This document shows positions 38,155 to 50,327 of a stretch of 64,000 nucleotides of DNA, piece by piece. The notes below the pieces were generated by a model. The model was not told the origin of the DNA and made no database searches. It was given only the letters and a program-made list of their open reading frames with translations. A program made the position numbers and the translations under genes. The stretch comes from Octopus vulgaris (taxonomy: Eukaryota). The stretch spans positions 61,938,001-62,002,000 of the forward strand of contig OX597827.1 of NCBI GenBank assembly GCA_951406725.2, given 5' to 3'. How positions within the stretch are numbered: position 1 is the stretch's first letter; each line of letters starts with the position of its first letter.

Positions 38155-39178
38155 GATAAGAAAGTTGGTTTGTGAAAGCACGTGGGTGAATATATAGAAA
38201 ATAGTAAAGAGTGAAAAAACTACAGAAGGCATAAATGTTAAAAAATATATATATTTGCGTCAATATGTCTGAAGAATATTAGAAAATTAAAAAAAAATGT
38301 TTTTTCTCTTATAATGACATAATTTAAAAGAAAGACCGGTTTCGCGTGTAGCTTTTCAAATTTCTTGCAACGTTATGTTTATGTTGAATAGAGTTATCGT
38401 TATGTTTATGTTCAGGAGAGTTCTAAATAAGGGGAGGTAGTGAGTGATTTCTTCCGGTGTAAGAGAGATAATCGCTTAAAAAGTTTTTCCTTTCCCTTGG
38501 TGTGAATTTCTCTGTATCAATATGTTCGGATGGTTGTGTCTGGGCTTGTACTTTTCAATGAAGAATGTTTCCTTGTTTAGTCTAATTTGTATTGATGATC
38601 CGAAAGCACATTGGTAAAATGGAAAGATTAAAAATTGTGGTAGTAGTTGCTTTGCGCATTTCTCAATGTGCTCACTAAAAGGTATCATTCTATATTCTGG
38701 GAATGCAATCTGTTGTCGATGCAGTGTGCATCTACGTCTGAGTGATAGTCCCGTGGAACCCACGTAGTCTTGGTGGCAGCCCGAGCATTTTATGACAAAA
38801 ATTATGTTTTCAGAGGCACAAGTAAAGTTAGATTTGATCTTGAATTTCTGTCCCTCTTTAAAGAGGAATTCTGATCCTTCTAGCAGGTTAGGACATGTTG
38901 CACAGTTCGATCTACCACATTTTTTTACTTTTGCATCCGTCATTTCAGAAGACAATTTTGCCTTTGTGAGAATCTTTTTAAGTGATTTAAGCTGTTTGTA
39001 GCTTTTAATGATTTGGTGTATGTTTAGAATTTCCTTTAATTTGGGGTCTTTATGAAGTATTGGTAAATTCTGGGTGATGATGGTGAAGGCTTCTTTGTTT
39101 CTGGGGTTGTTCTTTGTTTCTGGGGTTTCTGGGGTTGTAAGGTAGTATTTTCGGGGAAGGTGTGTTGTTGTGTTGAAC
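38155..39178 (-). mobile_element. 5'-truncated Penelope-like element (Neptune-type) with 3' terminal region
   Basis: Carries a GIY-YIG ORF and a degenerate hammerhead at 38328-38366; bounded by (TA)n on both sides. Confidence 0.85.
38476..39110 (-). CDS. Penelope-like GIY-YIG endonuclease (partial, C-terminal part of the RT-EN polyprotein)
   Basis: Open frame NPRNKEAF..IIKSYKQLKSLKKILTKAK..CGRSNCATC..FTCASENIIFVIKCSGCHQDYVGSTG.SLRRR..LH..SEHI..RLNKETFFIEKYKP..N. This gives the Cys knuckle, the GIY-YIG/CCHH motif, and the catalytic R, E and N. Confidence 0.85.
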
Positions 39179-39199
39179 TATATATATATATATATATAT

Positions 39200-39335
39200 A
39201 TCTTTTACTCTTTTACTTGTTTCAGTCATTTGACTGTGGCCATGCTGGAGCACCACATTTACTCGAGCAACTCGACTCCAGGACATTCTTTGTAAGCCTA
39301 GTACTTATTCTATCGGTCTCTTTTGTCGAACCGCT
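39200..39335 (-). mobile_element. SINE family B 3' part
   Basis: (CTTTTACT)n TGTTTCAGTCATTTGACTGTGGCCATGCTGGAGCACC. Confidence 0.85.
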
Positions 39336-39566
39336 ACATACATACATATATACATACATGCATGCAGGCATACATACATACAAACATACATACATACACA
39401 CACACATACATACATACATATACATACATATATACATACATACATGCATACATACATACAAACATACATACCTATATACATACATACATGCATATATATA
39501 CGTACATACATACATACATACAAACAAACATACAAACATACATACATACATACATACATACATACA

Positions 39567-39597
<31 letters not shown>

Positions 39598-39787
39598 GGA
39601 GGAGAGTATGGCTGAACTTAGGTTCTTGGGGACAGAACACAAATCTTTAATTCATACACTACAAATAACCACGAGATATGAGACCACAAAGGTCTTCAAG
39701 ATTTTTTTAAGATTTAAGAGGTGACGAACAAAACAAAATGCCTTGTTTCACAACCTTACTACCAAACAGGTGGTCAGTCACAATATA

Positions 39788-40058
39788 CGGGGTGCAGCAG
39801 AATGGTTGCTCCGATTTCAAAGGTTAATAAAAAGTAAACACATGAAGATACAAGAAAAAAAAAAACAAAACAAATTCATCAACAACAGATGCACGATGCT
39901 TTCCACCCCAGGCCATGGTGGCTACTACCTAAGACAGAGAGAAAAAAATGGCATTTAATGAACTTCATAGAAATACCAAGTTTTTTCATGCCTCTTCATG
40001 TGTTTTTTTTTTCTTTTATTAACCTTTGAAATCGGAGTAACCTTTATGTCGCACCCTG
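39788..40058. mobile_element. Tc1/mariner-like MITE
   Basis: TA|CGGGGTGC..GGTTGCTCCGATTTCAAAGGTTAATAAAA ... TTTTATTAACCTTTGAAATCGGAGTAACC..GCACCCTG|TA; about 45-bp imperfect TIRs. Confidence 0.85.
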
Positions 40059-40156
40059 TATTCTAAATTAAAACGAGAAAGAGAACATACATACATGCAT
40101 ACATACTTACATATCTATATACACGCACACATTCATACATAAACACATACATACAT

Positions 40157-40205
<49 letters not shown>

Positions 40206-40358
40206 CACACATGCATACATAAACACTTAAACACATACATAAAGCATGTATGCACACATGCATACATAAACATATACATATATACATGCATGCATACATA
40301 CATATCTATATATGCATAGATGCACACATGCATACATAAACACATACATATATACATA

Positions 40359-40871
40359 CTAGCACTATGACCCGGCGTTGCCGGGTCTAGTGCTAATGCT
40401 TGTTGTTCGTTGCCGGGTCGCAGTGAAAATTTCCCACTAAATCAAGAGCTAAGTTTCTCATCACATTTCAGTCCGGGCGAGTTTTGCTGTTTATGAGCTA
40501 GTTGGAGCTTGTTATTAGAGTAATTAATATTCACTGGACTTTGGTTTTCACACCTTCAACGACATAATCATGGAAAATTAGCGGGACTGTGCATATGCCA
40601 TTAGTCGGACAAAAAAGGAGGTAGAAGAAAGCGAAAAACTCGAGTTTGGCCGCAAAATAACTTATGGGCATAAGGGGTCGGTTTATCAATTTTTAATGGC
40701 TTTCTCGGGGTGACTGGGGAAATGAAAAGATCTTCACGATCACCCTCAGACAGTTTTGAAAGCCCATAGAAAATGCGAGCCTTTTACGTGAAAAACTGGA
40801 TTTGTATAAAGGACACACAGACACACAGACACACAGATACACAGACACATTGCCATTTATAGATATAGAGA
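40359..40871 (-). mobile_element. complete non-autonomous Helitron
   Basis: Minus strand: A|TCTCTATATCTATAAA.. 5' end and 3' hairpin GACCCGGC-AAC-GCCGGGTC followed by CTAG|T. Inserted between A and T with no TSD. Confidence 0.9.
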
Positions 40872-40961
40872 TATGCATGCACACATGCATACATAAACAC
40901 ATAAAGACATACATACATAAGCATATATATACATATATACAAATATGCATGCATGCATACA

Positions 40962-40995
<34 letters not shown>

Positions 40996-41408
40996 CATAC
41001 ATGCATACATACATACATAAACACATACATACATACATACATACATACATGCATAAATACATAAGTACATACATACATGCATACATACATGCATACATGT
41101 ACCAACAAATTTGAAAAGAGCAAAAGAAACTGACGCGGATTCTCCAAATCCAATCTATTAGTAGCACAGATTTGTAAGACATTCCAAACATTTTCCATCT
41201 GAGATTCTTATGTGAATCTACACACTTGGGTGTATGCATCGATAGTTCAACCAACATACTAACTCAACCACATACTGACAACCACCGGGAACGCATTGTT
41301 AGCGACCAGCTTGAGCTCACTTAAGAAGAATTACATAAAACTCAAAGAAAAACCATATATATATATATATAAGGCGGTGCCCCAGCATGGTCACAGTCTA
41401 TTAACTGA

Positions 41409-41467
<59 letters not shown>

Positions 41468-41470
<3 letters not shown>

Positions 41471-42755
41471 TTTGATACTTTGATACTTTGATAGGTTTCG
41501 GCCATTATTGGCCCAGGCCATGTCTAACTTAATAGCACCACCTGGTGAAGTCTTTCAAGTCAGAATTTGGGCACTATGGCCCACTCAAGTAGAGAGTTAT
41601 TGTTTACAGAGACATATCCGGGTGTAGGGGGTTTATCCGGGATTTCTTGAAGGAATCTGTCCAAAGACTTCTTGAACCCTATAGGGTCAGTTTCTGTTTT
41701 AATGTGTTTTGGTGTAATGTTAAAGAGAGCGGGGCCAATTGAGGTGAAATAATTGTGCCGTATTGTTGTTATGAGATGAGAGTGCGATTTTTGTTTTGGG
41801 CGGATGGCACGGGGCCCAAGCCTTGGATGTACCTTAAAGGTGATGCCAACATCATTTGGGCAATGCTGATGGAATATTTTCCACATCATGCAGATGATGT
41901 AGCGCTCACGACGACGTTGGAGAGAATAGAGTTTTAGCTTTTCTAGTCGACCCCAATAGTCGAGGCCTGTCATGCCATCTATCTTTTTTGTGATTGCCCT
42001 TTGAGGTGCTTCGACTTTTATGATACCTTGTATTGTGTGGGGAGACCACAGTGGACAACAGTATTCAAGGTGGGGTCGGGCAAAAGTGGAGAAGAGAAGG
42101 ATAATGGTGTGGATATCTCTCGACTGGAAAGTTCTGAGAATCCAGGAACACATTCTGCGGGCCATGTCAACTTTGGTGTTTATATGAGTGGCCCAGCTTA
42201 CGTTGTTGTCCACAATTACTCCCAAGTCTCTGATGTTGTTGGACGCCGTGAGAGTTTCACCTGAAGGAAGGGAGTATGGGAGTTTCAGGGCATCCTCTTT
42301 TCCAAAGTGGATTAGCTCAAATTTATCCTCGTTCAGCAGCATATTGTTTTTTTCTGCCCATTGGATAACAGCCAGTAGATCTGACTGAAGGCATGTCCGG
42401 TCACTCGCCTCATTTATGACCTTCTGTAGCTTGGAGTCATCTGCAAAGATTTTTATGTTGCTGTGCTTGATGATGTCATTAATGTCATTAATGTAAATGA
42501 TGAAAAGAAGTGGGCCCAGCACAGTGCCTTGCGGAACGCCACTACTGACTTTGGCTGGGCTTGATTTTACCCCTTCAACTACAACATGTTGAGATCTGTC
42601 TGTCAGGAAACACTTAATCCATTTCAGTAACTTTCCAGAGACACCAATGCTGGATAGTTTTTTCAATAGGATCTTGTGATCGACCCTGTCGAAGGCCTTA
42701 CTGAAATCAAGGTAGATGACATCGGTGTTGGAGCCCTCTCCCAAAGCTCTCAAAA
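41468..42755 (-). mobile_element. 5'-truncated CR1/L2-like LINE, young copy
   Basis: RT ORF, short 3' UTR with a GGCC-aataat-GGCC stem-loop, and (TATCAAAG)3 tail; sits in (TA)n. Confidence 0.92.
41560..42753 (-). CDS. non-LTR retrotransposon reverse transcriptase (partial ORF2, 397 aa)
   Basis: YLDFSKAFDRVDH, SGVPQGTVLGPLLF, IFADDSKL, RDLGV, RPHLEYC..WSP, LYSLQRRRER; no stops or frameshifts. Confidence 0.93.
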   Translation of the reverse strand: MRALGEGSNTDVIYLDFSKAFDRVDHKILLKKLSSIGVSGKLLKWIKCFLTDRSQHVVVEGVKSSPAKVSSGVPQGTVLGPLLFIIYINDINDIIKHSNIKIFADDSKLQKVINEASDRTCLQSDLLAVIQWAEKNNMLLNEDKFELIHFGKEDALKLPYSLPSGETLTASNNIRDLGVIVDNNVSWATHINTKVDMARRMCSWILRTFQSRDIHTIILLFSTFARPHLEYCCPLWSPHTIQGIIKVEAPQRAITKKIDGMTGLDYWGRLEKLKLYSLQRRRERYIICMMWKIFHQHCPNDVGITFKVHPRLGPRAIRPKQKSHSHLITTIRHNYFTSIGPALFNITPKHIKTETDPIGFKKSLDRFLQEIPDKPPTPGYVSVNNNSLLEWAIVPKF

Positions 42756-42929
42756 AGCTCTCAAAAAGCTCTCTCTCTCTATATATATATATAATTTATA
42801 ATATCAGGGTAATAAATATTTTAGAAATTTTTACTACCTGTGGCCTAGCGTGTATAAAAATTGTCAATAGACTATATTATTCATATAAATTATTTATATA
42901 AATACAGTGTACACTGTATTTAGCCACTA

Positions 42930-43090
42930 CACATTCTTTATTTTCCCTCCTTGTTTCTTTCTGTGTTCCTTTCTGAGGAAGAGCGTAGGCTCGAAATGTT
43001 AAAGACTTTTTCACTTCCCGAGTGTTTTACTAATACATCTGTTTGTTGTCTACACCACCTGTCTTCGTCTTTTGTTTTTTTTTGTGAATT

Positions 43091-43092
<2 letters not shown>
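42930..43092 (+). mobile_element. Penelope-type terminal repeat with minimal hammerhead motif
   Basis: CTTT-CTGAGGA-A-GAGC-gtag-GCTC-GAA-ATGT-T-AAAG at 42969-43004; ends at (TA)n. Confidence 0.7.
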
Positions 43093-43174
<82 letters not shown>

Positions 43175-43199
43175 TGTATGTATGTATATTTTATATTTT

Positions 43200-43372
43200 G
43201 GACATGGTCAACTGGTTAAGGTCAAACAACTGACAAGCAAATCTGTGGTATTGAGCAGAATATTTGCTGTAGCCCATGTTTTTATACCAAGACAAAACAA
43301 TGTACATGATAATACTTCCAATCAGTTAAGATCAGCAGCCATGAGAATCACTGTCTGGTGATACATCAGGGC

Positions 43373-43375
<3 letters not shown>
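43200..43375 (+). mobile_element. family D, opposite end, running into (ATT)n
   Basis: Overlaps 12100-12230 in sequence and extends to CATCAGGGCATTT|ATTATTATT. Confidence 0.8.
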
Positions 43376-43453
<78 letters not shown>

Positions 43454-43635
43454 CATTATTATTATTATTGTACATATATATGTACACACACACACATCCA
43501 AATTGAGGGAGTGGAGCAAGTAAAATCGAGACTACATACGTTTCCTAGCTACCACGGACTGCTCGAAGCATATAAACTTCCCACACTTAGACCCTTGGAT
43601 CTCATAATTACAAATCGATAATATATATACATATA

Positions 43636-43671
<36 letters not shown>

Positions 43672-43994
43672 AACATTTTTAAGATACGTATCAATGTAAA
43701 CGTTCGTTGAAAGTGTAGTCTTTGTGTGTTTTGGTATTCATTCATTTATTTGCAGTGCTTTCCTGACAATATATAAGAACGATCTTTACCTAGCAACGGT
43801 TTTCTGTGACGACAGCTACACAGGAATTTATGTAGTTTGGAAACATACTGGGATTTTTGCTATATTGAAGACTATCCTTCAAGTCGGAAATGTTTTGGAA
43901 ATTTTAAATAGTGAATAATTTTGGTGTCCAGCTTCAATTATCGATTTTTGCCTGCAGAAGATTTCGTGAGGATGAAACCAATTTTAGTCGACGA

Positions 43995-43995
43995 T

Positions 43996-44045
<50 letters not shown>

Positions 44046-44145
44046 TGTGTATGTATGTATGTGTGTGTCTGTGTTAGTGCGTGTGCGTGTGTGTATGCTT
44101 ATATACGTGTATTTGCGTGTGTGTGTGTATATATGTATGCATGCC

Positions 44146-44196
<51 letters not shown>

Positions 44197-44449
44197 GCAT
44201 ACACATATATGTATATATATGTATATGAATATATATATGTATATGTATATATACATGTATAAATATATATGTATATATATATATGTATATATATATATAA
44301 GTATACATGCATACGTGCATGCATACATTCATAGATACATACATATATATGTATATATATATTTATATACGTATATATGTATACAAATCTTACATATATA
44401 CACACACATATAACATGTATATACGTATATGCATATTATATATAAATAC

Positions 44450-44518
<69 letters not shown>

Positions 44519-44577
44519 CATACATACACACATATATATATACATATATATGTATATATATGTACTTATATATATGT

Positions 44578-44650
<73 letters not shown>

Positions 44651-45345
44651 TATATATATATACGTATACACACCTACACAAGCACGTATAATACATATAT
44701 ATAGCTACGCGTTCCCCATATATTACGTACAACACACAGGCTGCAATTAAAGCTAGCATGTCACTTTTAATTAGTGTAAGCTTCGATAAGCTTCATATAA
44801 AATCCAAAGTTTACTGCACATCACTTGGTTAAGGGAGTTAAATACTAACAAGGGAAGAGAAAGGGAGGGCGAATTTGGGGTGGGAGAGATAAAAAAAGGA
44901 GATATATGGGGGGGAAGTAAATGGAGAGGGTAAGATATAGGAGAGAACGATATATATATACACATATATATATAGGTATGTATGTATGTATGCATGTATG
45001 TATGTATGTATGTATGTATGTATGTATATGTATATATATGCACACATACATACACACATATATGTATATATACATACACACACACACACTCATACACACA
45101 TATATATATGTATATATATACATATACATATATATATGTGTATAGATATAGATATGTAAGTAAGTATTTGCATATATATATATATATATATATTTATATG
45201 TACATATACATACATGCATATATATATGTATATGTAAGTATATTCATATATGTATGTATGTATGTATCTATCTATCTCTATATATATTATGTATGTATGC
45301 ACGTATATATATATGCATACATATATACGTACATATATATTTATG

Positions 45346-45417
<72 letters not shown>

Positions 45418-45460
45418 CATACATATATATGCAAATATATATATGTATATATACACGTAA
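43995..45460. repeat. (TA/TG/CA)n microsatellite field
   Basis: About 1.4 kb of degenerate dinucleotide repeat. Similar fields lie at 34380-35210, 37750-38150, 51620-52390 and 58210-58570. Confidence 0.9.
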
Positions 45461-45566
45461 GACTGTTCTATGGTTCCTATATAACACAAATTTTTATCAG
45501 AAGCCAACATTTTAAAGTTTGATAACAGAATTGCAGGAATTCGGTTAAAGCAGAATAACACAATCG

Positions 45567-45623
<57 letters not shown>

Positions 45624-45930
45624 TCACTCATTCACCCACATTAACACTTACAAACAATCCGTACATACACTCACGCATATTCCCCTATATATACCCACAT
45701 ATACATCCAACATACAAGAACATAAGAAAAGAGAGAGAATATTAAATGGAAATGGATCCTTCGTCGATTTTGACGATGACTAGTATTTTAGTTATCCTTC
45801 TTCGAGCAATTGTACTATCGTCTCATTTTATTGTTATGAAAGCAACTGAGTATTCCGTTAGCGAAATCTTCAGCGCGGTAGAATGTGACAAGGCTTGAAT
45901 TACAGAGACCAGCCATATTGTATTATTACA

Positions 45931-46790
45931 TGAAGGCGCTTGGCTTTGAGGTAAGGTTATTTACCTTACGATCGTAAAGTCGTAAGTTCGATCAGAGGTG
46001 ACGCGTTGTATTCTTGAATCAGAAACTTTATTTCACGTTGCTCCAGTCCACTCAGCTGACAAAAATGACTTTACCTATATTTCAAAGGGTCGGCCTTGTC
46101 ACATTCTGTGTCACGCTGTCTCTCCCTAAGAACTATTGGGTTGTCCGGAAAGTTAGTGCCGAGTTTTAAAGGAAAGAAAAATGTCAATAAATACTTGCCA
46201 TTACATTTTTAATCAACCAAATATAAAACATTTTGTTGCACTATGCGTTTCCATCTTTCCTTTAACTTGAAAATACCCTCTTACCAGAATTGAGGTTGTT
46301 TCATGGCAAAGAATTCGTCAAGGTAACTTTTTACGTCACCCAAGAAACTAAAATTTTTACCTTTACGACTATTCTGCAGAGACCTGAATAAGTGGAAATC
46401 CGAAGGAGCAATTTTTGTCTGGTTCCCAAAGCTGCAGCAATTTTTGTCTGGTTCCCAAAGCATCAAGTGCCGAAAATGAACTTTCTTGTCTTCCATTTTA
46501 AAGGGTTACAGAATTAACACAGATTATAGGAACATAAACCTTCTTCCACGAAAAGATAGCTTAAACTGTGCTCTAAATGGAGGTGTAGTCAAATCCCATT
46601 TTATGGACTCAACCTTGTTCTAAAATAAGTCGAAATATAAGCTACTATAAATCAGCACGAACTTTCGGGACAACCCAATACATTAAGAGTACGCGTGTCT
46701 GTGGATTGCACTTGTAATTTCACGAACAGGCTGTTTCATTAATCGGATCAATTGGAACCTTTGTCGTCGTAACCGACGTAATGTCTTATC
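45931..46790 (+). mobile_element. SINE family F (family E-like head/V-like body plus family C tail), split by a mariner insertion
   Basis: TGAAGGCGC..GTTCGATC..TTCTTGA..GCTCCAGTCCACTCAGCTG, then TTCAAAGGG.CGGCCTTGTCAC..AACTA|mariner|CATTAAG..GTCGTCGTAACCGACG. Confidence 0.8.
46136..46678 (-). mobile_element. internally deleted mariner transposon
   Basis: TIRs TTGGGTTGTCCGGAAAGTTAGTGC / GCACGAACTTTCGGGACAACCCAA with TA duplication. The residual frame fuses the N-terminal MEDKKVHFRHLMLWE to the C-terminal APSDFHLFRSLQN..FF..FW. Confidence 0.93.
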
Positions 46791-46805
46791 GTGCGGTTGA
46801 AGAAG

Positions 46806-47048
46806 ACGGCGAGCTGGCAGAAACGTTAGCACGCCGGACGAAATGTTTAGCGGTATTTCGTCTGCCGCTACGTTCTGAGTTCAAATTCCACCGAGGTCGA
46901 CTTTGTCTTTTATCCTTTTATTTCGGGGTCGATTAAATAAGTACCAGTTACGCACTGGGGTTGATACAATCGACTTAATCCGTTTGTCTGTCGTCGTTTG
47001 TCCTTTCTGTGTTTCGCCACTTGTGGGTAGTAAAGAAATAGGTATTTC
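46806..47048 (+). mobile_element. SINE family A with Tx1-like tail
   Basis: Full head and body; ends AAAGAAATA|GGTATTTC, the start of a second unit. Confidence 0.9.
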
Positions 47049-47253
47049 TTCCGGTTAGATCATTCCAGTTGGGCAGACCTTACCTATCGGATGAAGATGA
47101 TGGACAACAATATCATGAGAGCATCCCATCTATTGGGCCAATTTCGGAAAAGATGAGCTTTTTTAATCGATCCTCATTGAACTGAACAGATCGGTTGGAA
47201 CGCAGAGATTTTGTAAGGTCGAATTTCCCTTCATTGGAGTGTGAAAACAACCA

Positions 47254-47677
47254 TTTACTCTTTACTCTCTTTTACTCTCCTACTTGTTCCAGTCATTTGA
47301 CTGTGGCCATGCTAAAGCACCACCTTTAGGCGAGCAAATCGACCCCAGGACTTATTCTTTGTAAGCCTAGTACTTATTCTATCGGGCTCTTTTGCCGAAC
47401 CGCTAAGTTACGGGGACGTAAACACACCAGCATCGGTTGACAAGCGATGTTGGGGGGGGGGGGAGACAAACACAGACACACAAACATATATAAATACATT
47501 TATGCGACAGGCTTCTTTCAGTTTCCGCCTACCAAATCCACTCACAAGGCTTTGGTCGACTCGAGGCTATATTAGAAGAAGACACTTGCCCAAGGTGCCA
47601 CGCAGTGGGACTGAACTCGGAACCATGTGGTTGGTAAGCAAGCTACTTACCACACAGCCATTCCCCACTCCTACGCC
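47254..47677 (-). mobile_element. full-length SINE family B
   Basis: Reverse complement of 28308-28708. Confidence 0.92.
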
Positions 47678-47683
47678 TACACA

Positions 47684-47734
<51 letters not shown>

Positions 47735-47919
47735 CACACATAAACATAAGCATACACACAGACGCATACTTTACTTTTAAAAAAACGCAACTGTTTTAAA
47801 GAATCCCTTGAAATCTTAAACTTGGATTTGTCATCTCTATCAGCGCAGAAAGCCTTATATTTTCAATTATCTCTTGTTTGTTTGGTTGTTTGTTGTTTTA
47901 TGCTTCTTTCGTTAATACC

Positions 47920-48293
<374 letters not shown>

Positions 48294-48538
48294 TCGAATT
48301 ATGTACACATGGAACTGTTGTTGCTCTCCAGAAAATTATTGTTTAACAGAAACAGAATCCCGAAGGGAACTCAAGGGATGATGTGTTAGCAGGCTGAGAG
48401 GATGTTGAAACGGAGAGATAAGGTACGATCAATGAGGAAGCTTTTGAAACCAGCGGATTAGTTGCAAGCGTAATCCATATATGAATGAAATTTTAGAAGA
48501 TTGAAAAGCGTGGGCGCACTCACACATACACATACAGG

Positions 48539-48665
<127 letters not shown>

Positions 48666-48808
48666 TAATGCAGGTATGTAACTCACACATCTAAGAAAGA
48701 ACACCTGCTTACACCCAGAAACATCTTAATTCATCCGATCTCCTAAGAACATCCAATTGTTTCACAAATATTGCCTTTACAAGAAACCCATAACAACAAC
48801 AGCAGTGG

Positions 48809-48997
48809 TGGAGGCGCAATGGCGCAGTGGTTATGGCTGCGAACTCGCGGTCGTAAGAACGCGGTTTCGATTCCCAGACCGAGCATAGCGAATGTTTATT
48901 GAGCAAAAACACCTAAGCTCCATGATGCTCCGGCGCGGGGTGGTTGTAAACCCCGCTGTACTCTTTCACCACAACTTTCTCTCACTCTTTCTTCCTA
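48809..48997 (+). mobile_element. SINE family C 5' part
   Basis: Matches the reverse complement of 5225-5411. Confidence 0.85.
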
Positions 48998-49537
48998 CTT
49001 CTTCCACAAGGCAGAGGAACCATGGTGTAACCCACTATGGTGTGGTAAACTTTCAGACCCTAGTCGAGATTGCGAATCCTCTGTACCCCAGGATGGTTCA
49101 GCTCTCCACCCGTTAAAAAGCCACCGTTTACGGAATGAGGATAACAACGTAGCTTTCGCGCCCGTTCAACAGCCAGTCTATCGCGTGTGGTGGGTGGATC
49201 TTCAATTTGCCACACACATTCTTAGTAGCCTAGAGTAGGCTCGAATTAGCGATAATTCTTTGTGGCTAATGGCGTGAGTCCTGATTGGAAGGAGAAAACA
49301 GCAGCAACAACAACAACAACAATAACAACAATAACAACAACAACAACAACAACAACAACTACTACCACTACTACTACTACTACTACTACTATGACAGCCT
49401 TAATTAATGCTAACTTGTTTAATGCAGTGAGCATTTCCAAATTGTAACGAGATAGAAATGAAACAAAAAATAACAATCTTTTCCTTTCTAATAGGCTCTC
49501 TGCATTACATATGTTAATATTTCATCAATTCCTCAAC

Positions 49538-49652
49538 TTTTTTTTATGGCATCGTTAGATCGTTGTCATGGCATACTACCTGTCTTGGGACAATTTTAAG
49601 AATTGGGGTTGGTAGTATGCCATGACAACGATCTAACGATGTCATAAAAAAA
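49538..49652. repeat. inverted repeat, 42-bp arms, 30-nt loop
   Basis: TTTTTTTATGGCATCGTTAGATCGTTGTCATGGCATACTACC versus GGTAGTATGCCATGACAACGATCTAACGATGTCATAAAAAAA; one mismatch. Confidence 0.9.
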
Positions 49653-49702
49653 CACATAAATACACACACATATATATATATACACATACACACATAGATA
49701 TA

Positions 49703-50009
49703 ACAGTCAATTTCTTTATTAACCATGAGGTTGAGAAAAAGTGGGGACGATACGAGGACAGACAAAACAAACATTGGTGTCAAGGTGTCGAATGAGACGA
49801 AACGTATGAATAAACAAACAATTAAAATATGTACAATTAAATGAGAATGAGTGATTTACAGTCAATTTCTTCCATGAGGTTGAGAAAATGAGGGGACGAT
49901 ACGAGGACAGACAAAACAAACATTGGGGTCAGGGTGTCGAATGAGACGAAACGTATGAATAAACAAACAATTAAAATATATACAATTAAATGAGAATGAG
50001 TGATTTACA
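49703..50009. repeat. ~155-bp tandem duplication
   Basis: ACAGTCAATTTC..GGGGACGATACGAGGACAGAC..GAGTGATTTACA starts at 49703 and again at 49858. Confidence 0.9.
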
Positions 50010-50224
50010 AAAAATGAAGTGGAGGATGCGGTCGACCCAAAAAACCACATACTCACACTGAAGACTTTGCTTTCTCTTTTTTATATTTTCGTTTAAACAG
50101 GTTCTTTCACTCGCAACATACTTGCTATAGACTTCCATCTTTTATGAAGCACAGGCATTTCTTCTCCAGCCTTATATTCCTTGATGGGCAAACTGCAGCT
50201 CGCGAGACTTTCTGAATAGCATGC

Positions 50225-50327
50225 CTAACGAAAAATTACCTTGAATTTTTTTTCAGTAGTGCGGCCCGCCTGATGACGAGTCATGTCTAATGCGGCCTGT
50301 TTCTCGAAAAAGGTTGCCCATATCTGG
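50225..50327. mobile_element. hAT (Charlie-like) right end
   Basis: GTGCGGCCCGC..ATGCGGCC..AAAAAGGTTGCCCATATCTG, the shape typical of Charlie-type termini. Confidence 0.55.

Noticed and set aside
47069-47212. Possible host exon (CAG acceptor and GTAAG donor)
   Set aside because: The longest frame stops internally, no protein is recognisable and there are no partner exons.
50263-50320. CTGATGA-C-GAG..CTC-GAAA hammerhead-like match
   Set aside because: Stems I and III do not pair, and it lies in a hAT-like terminus.
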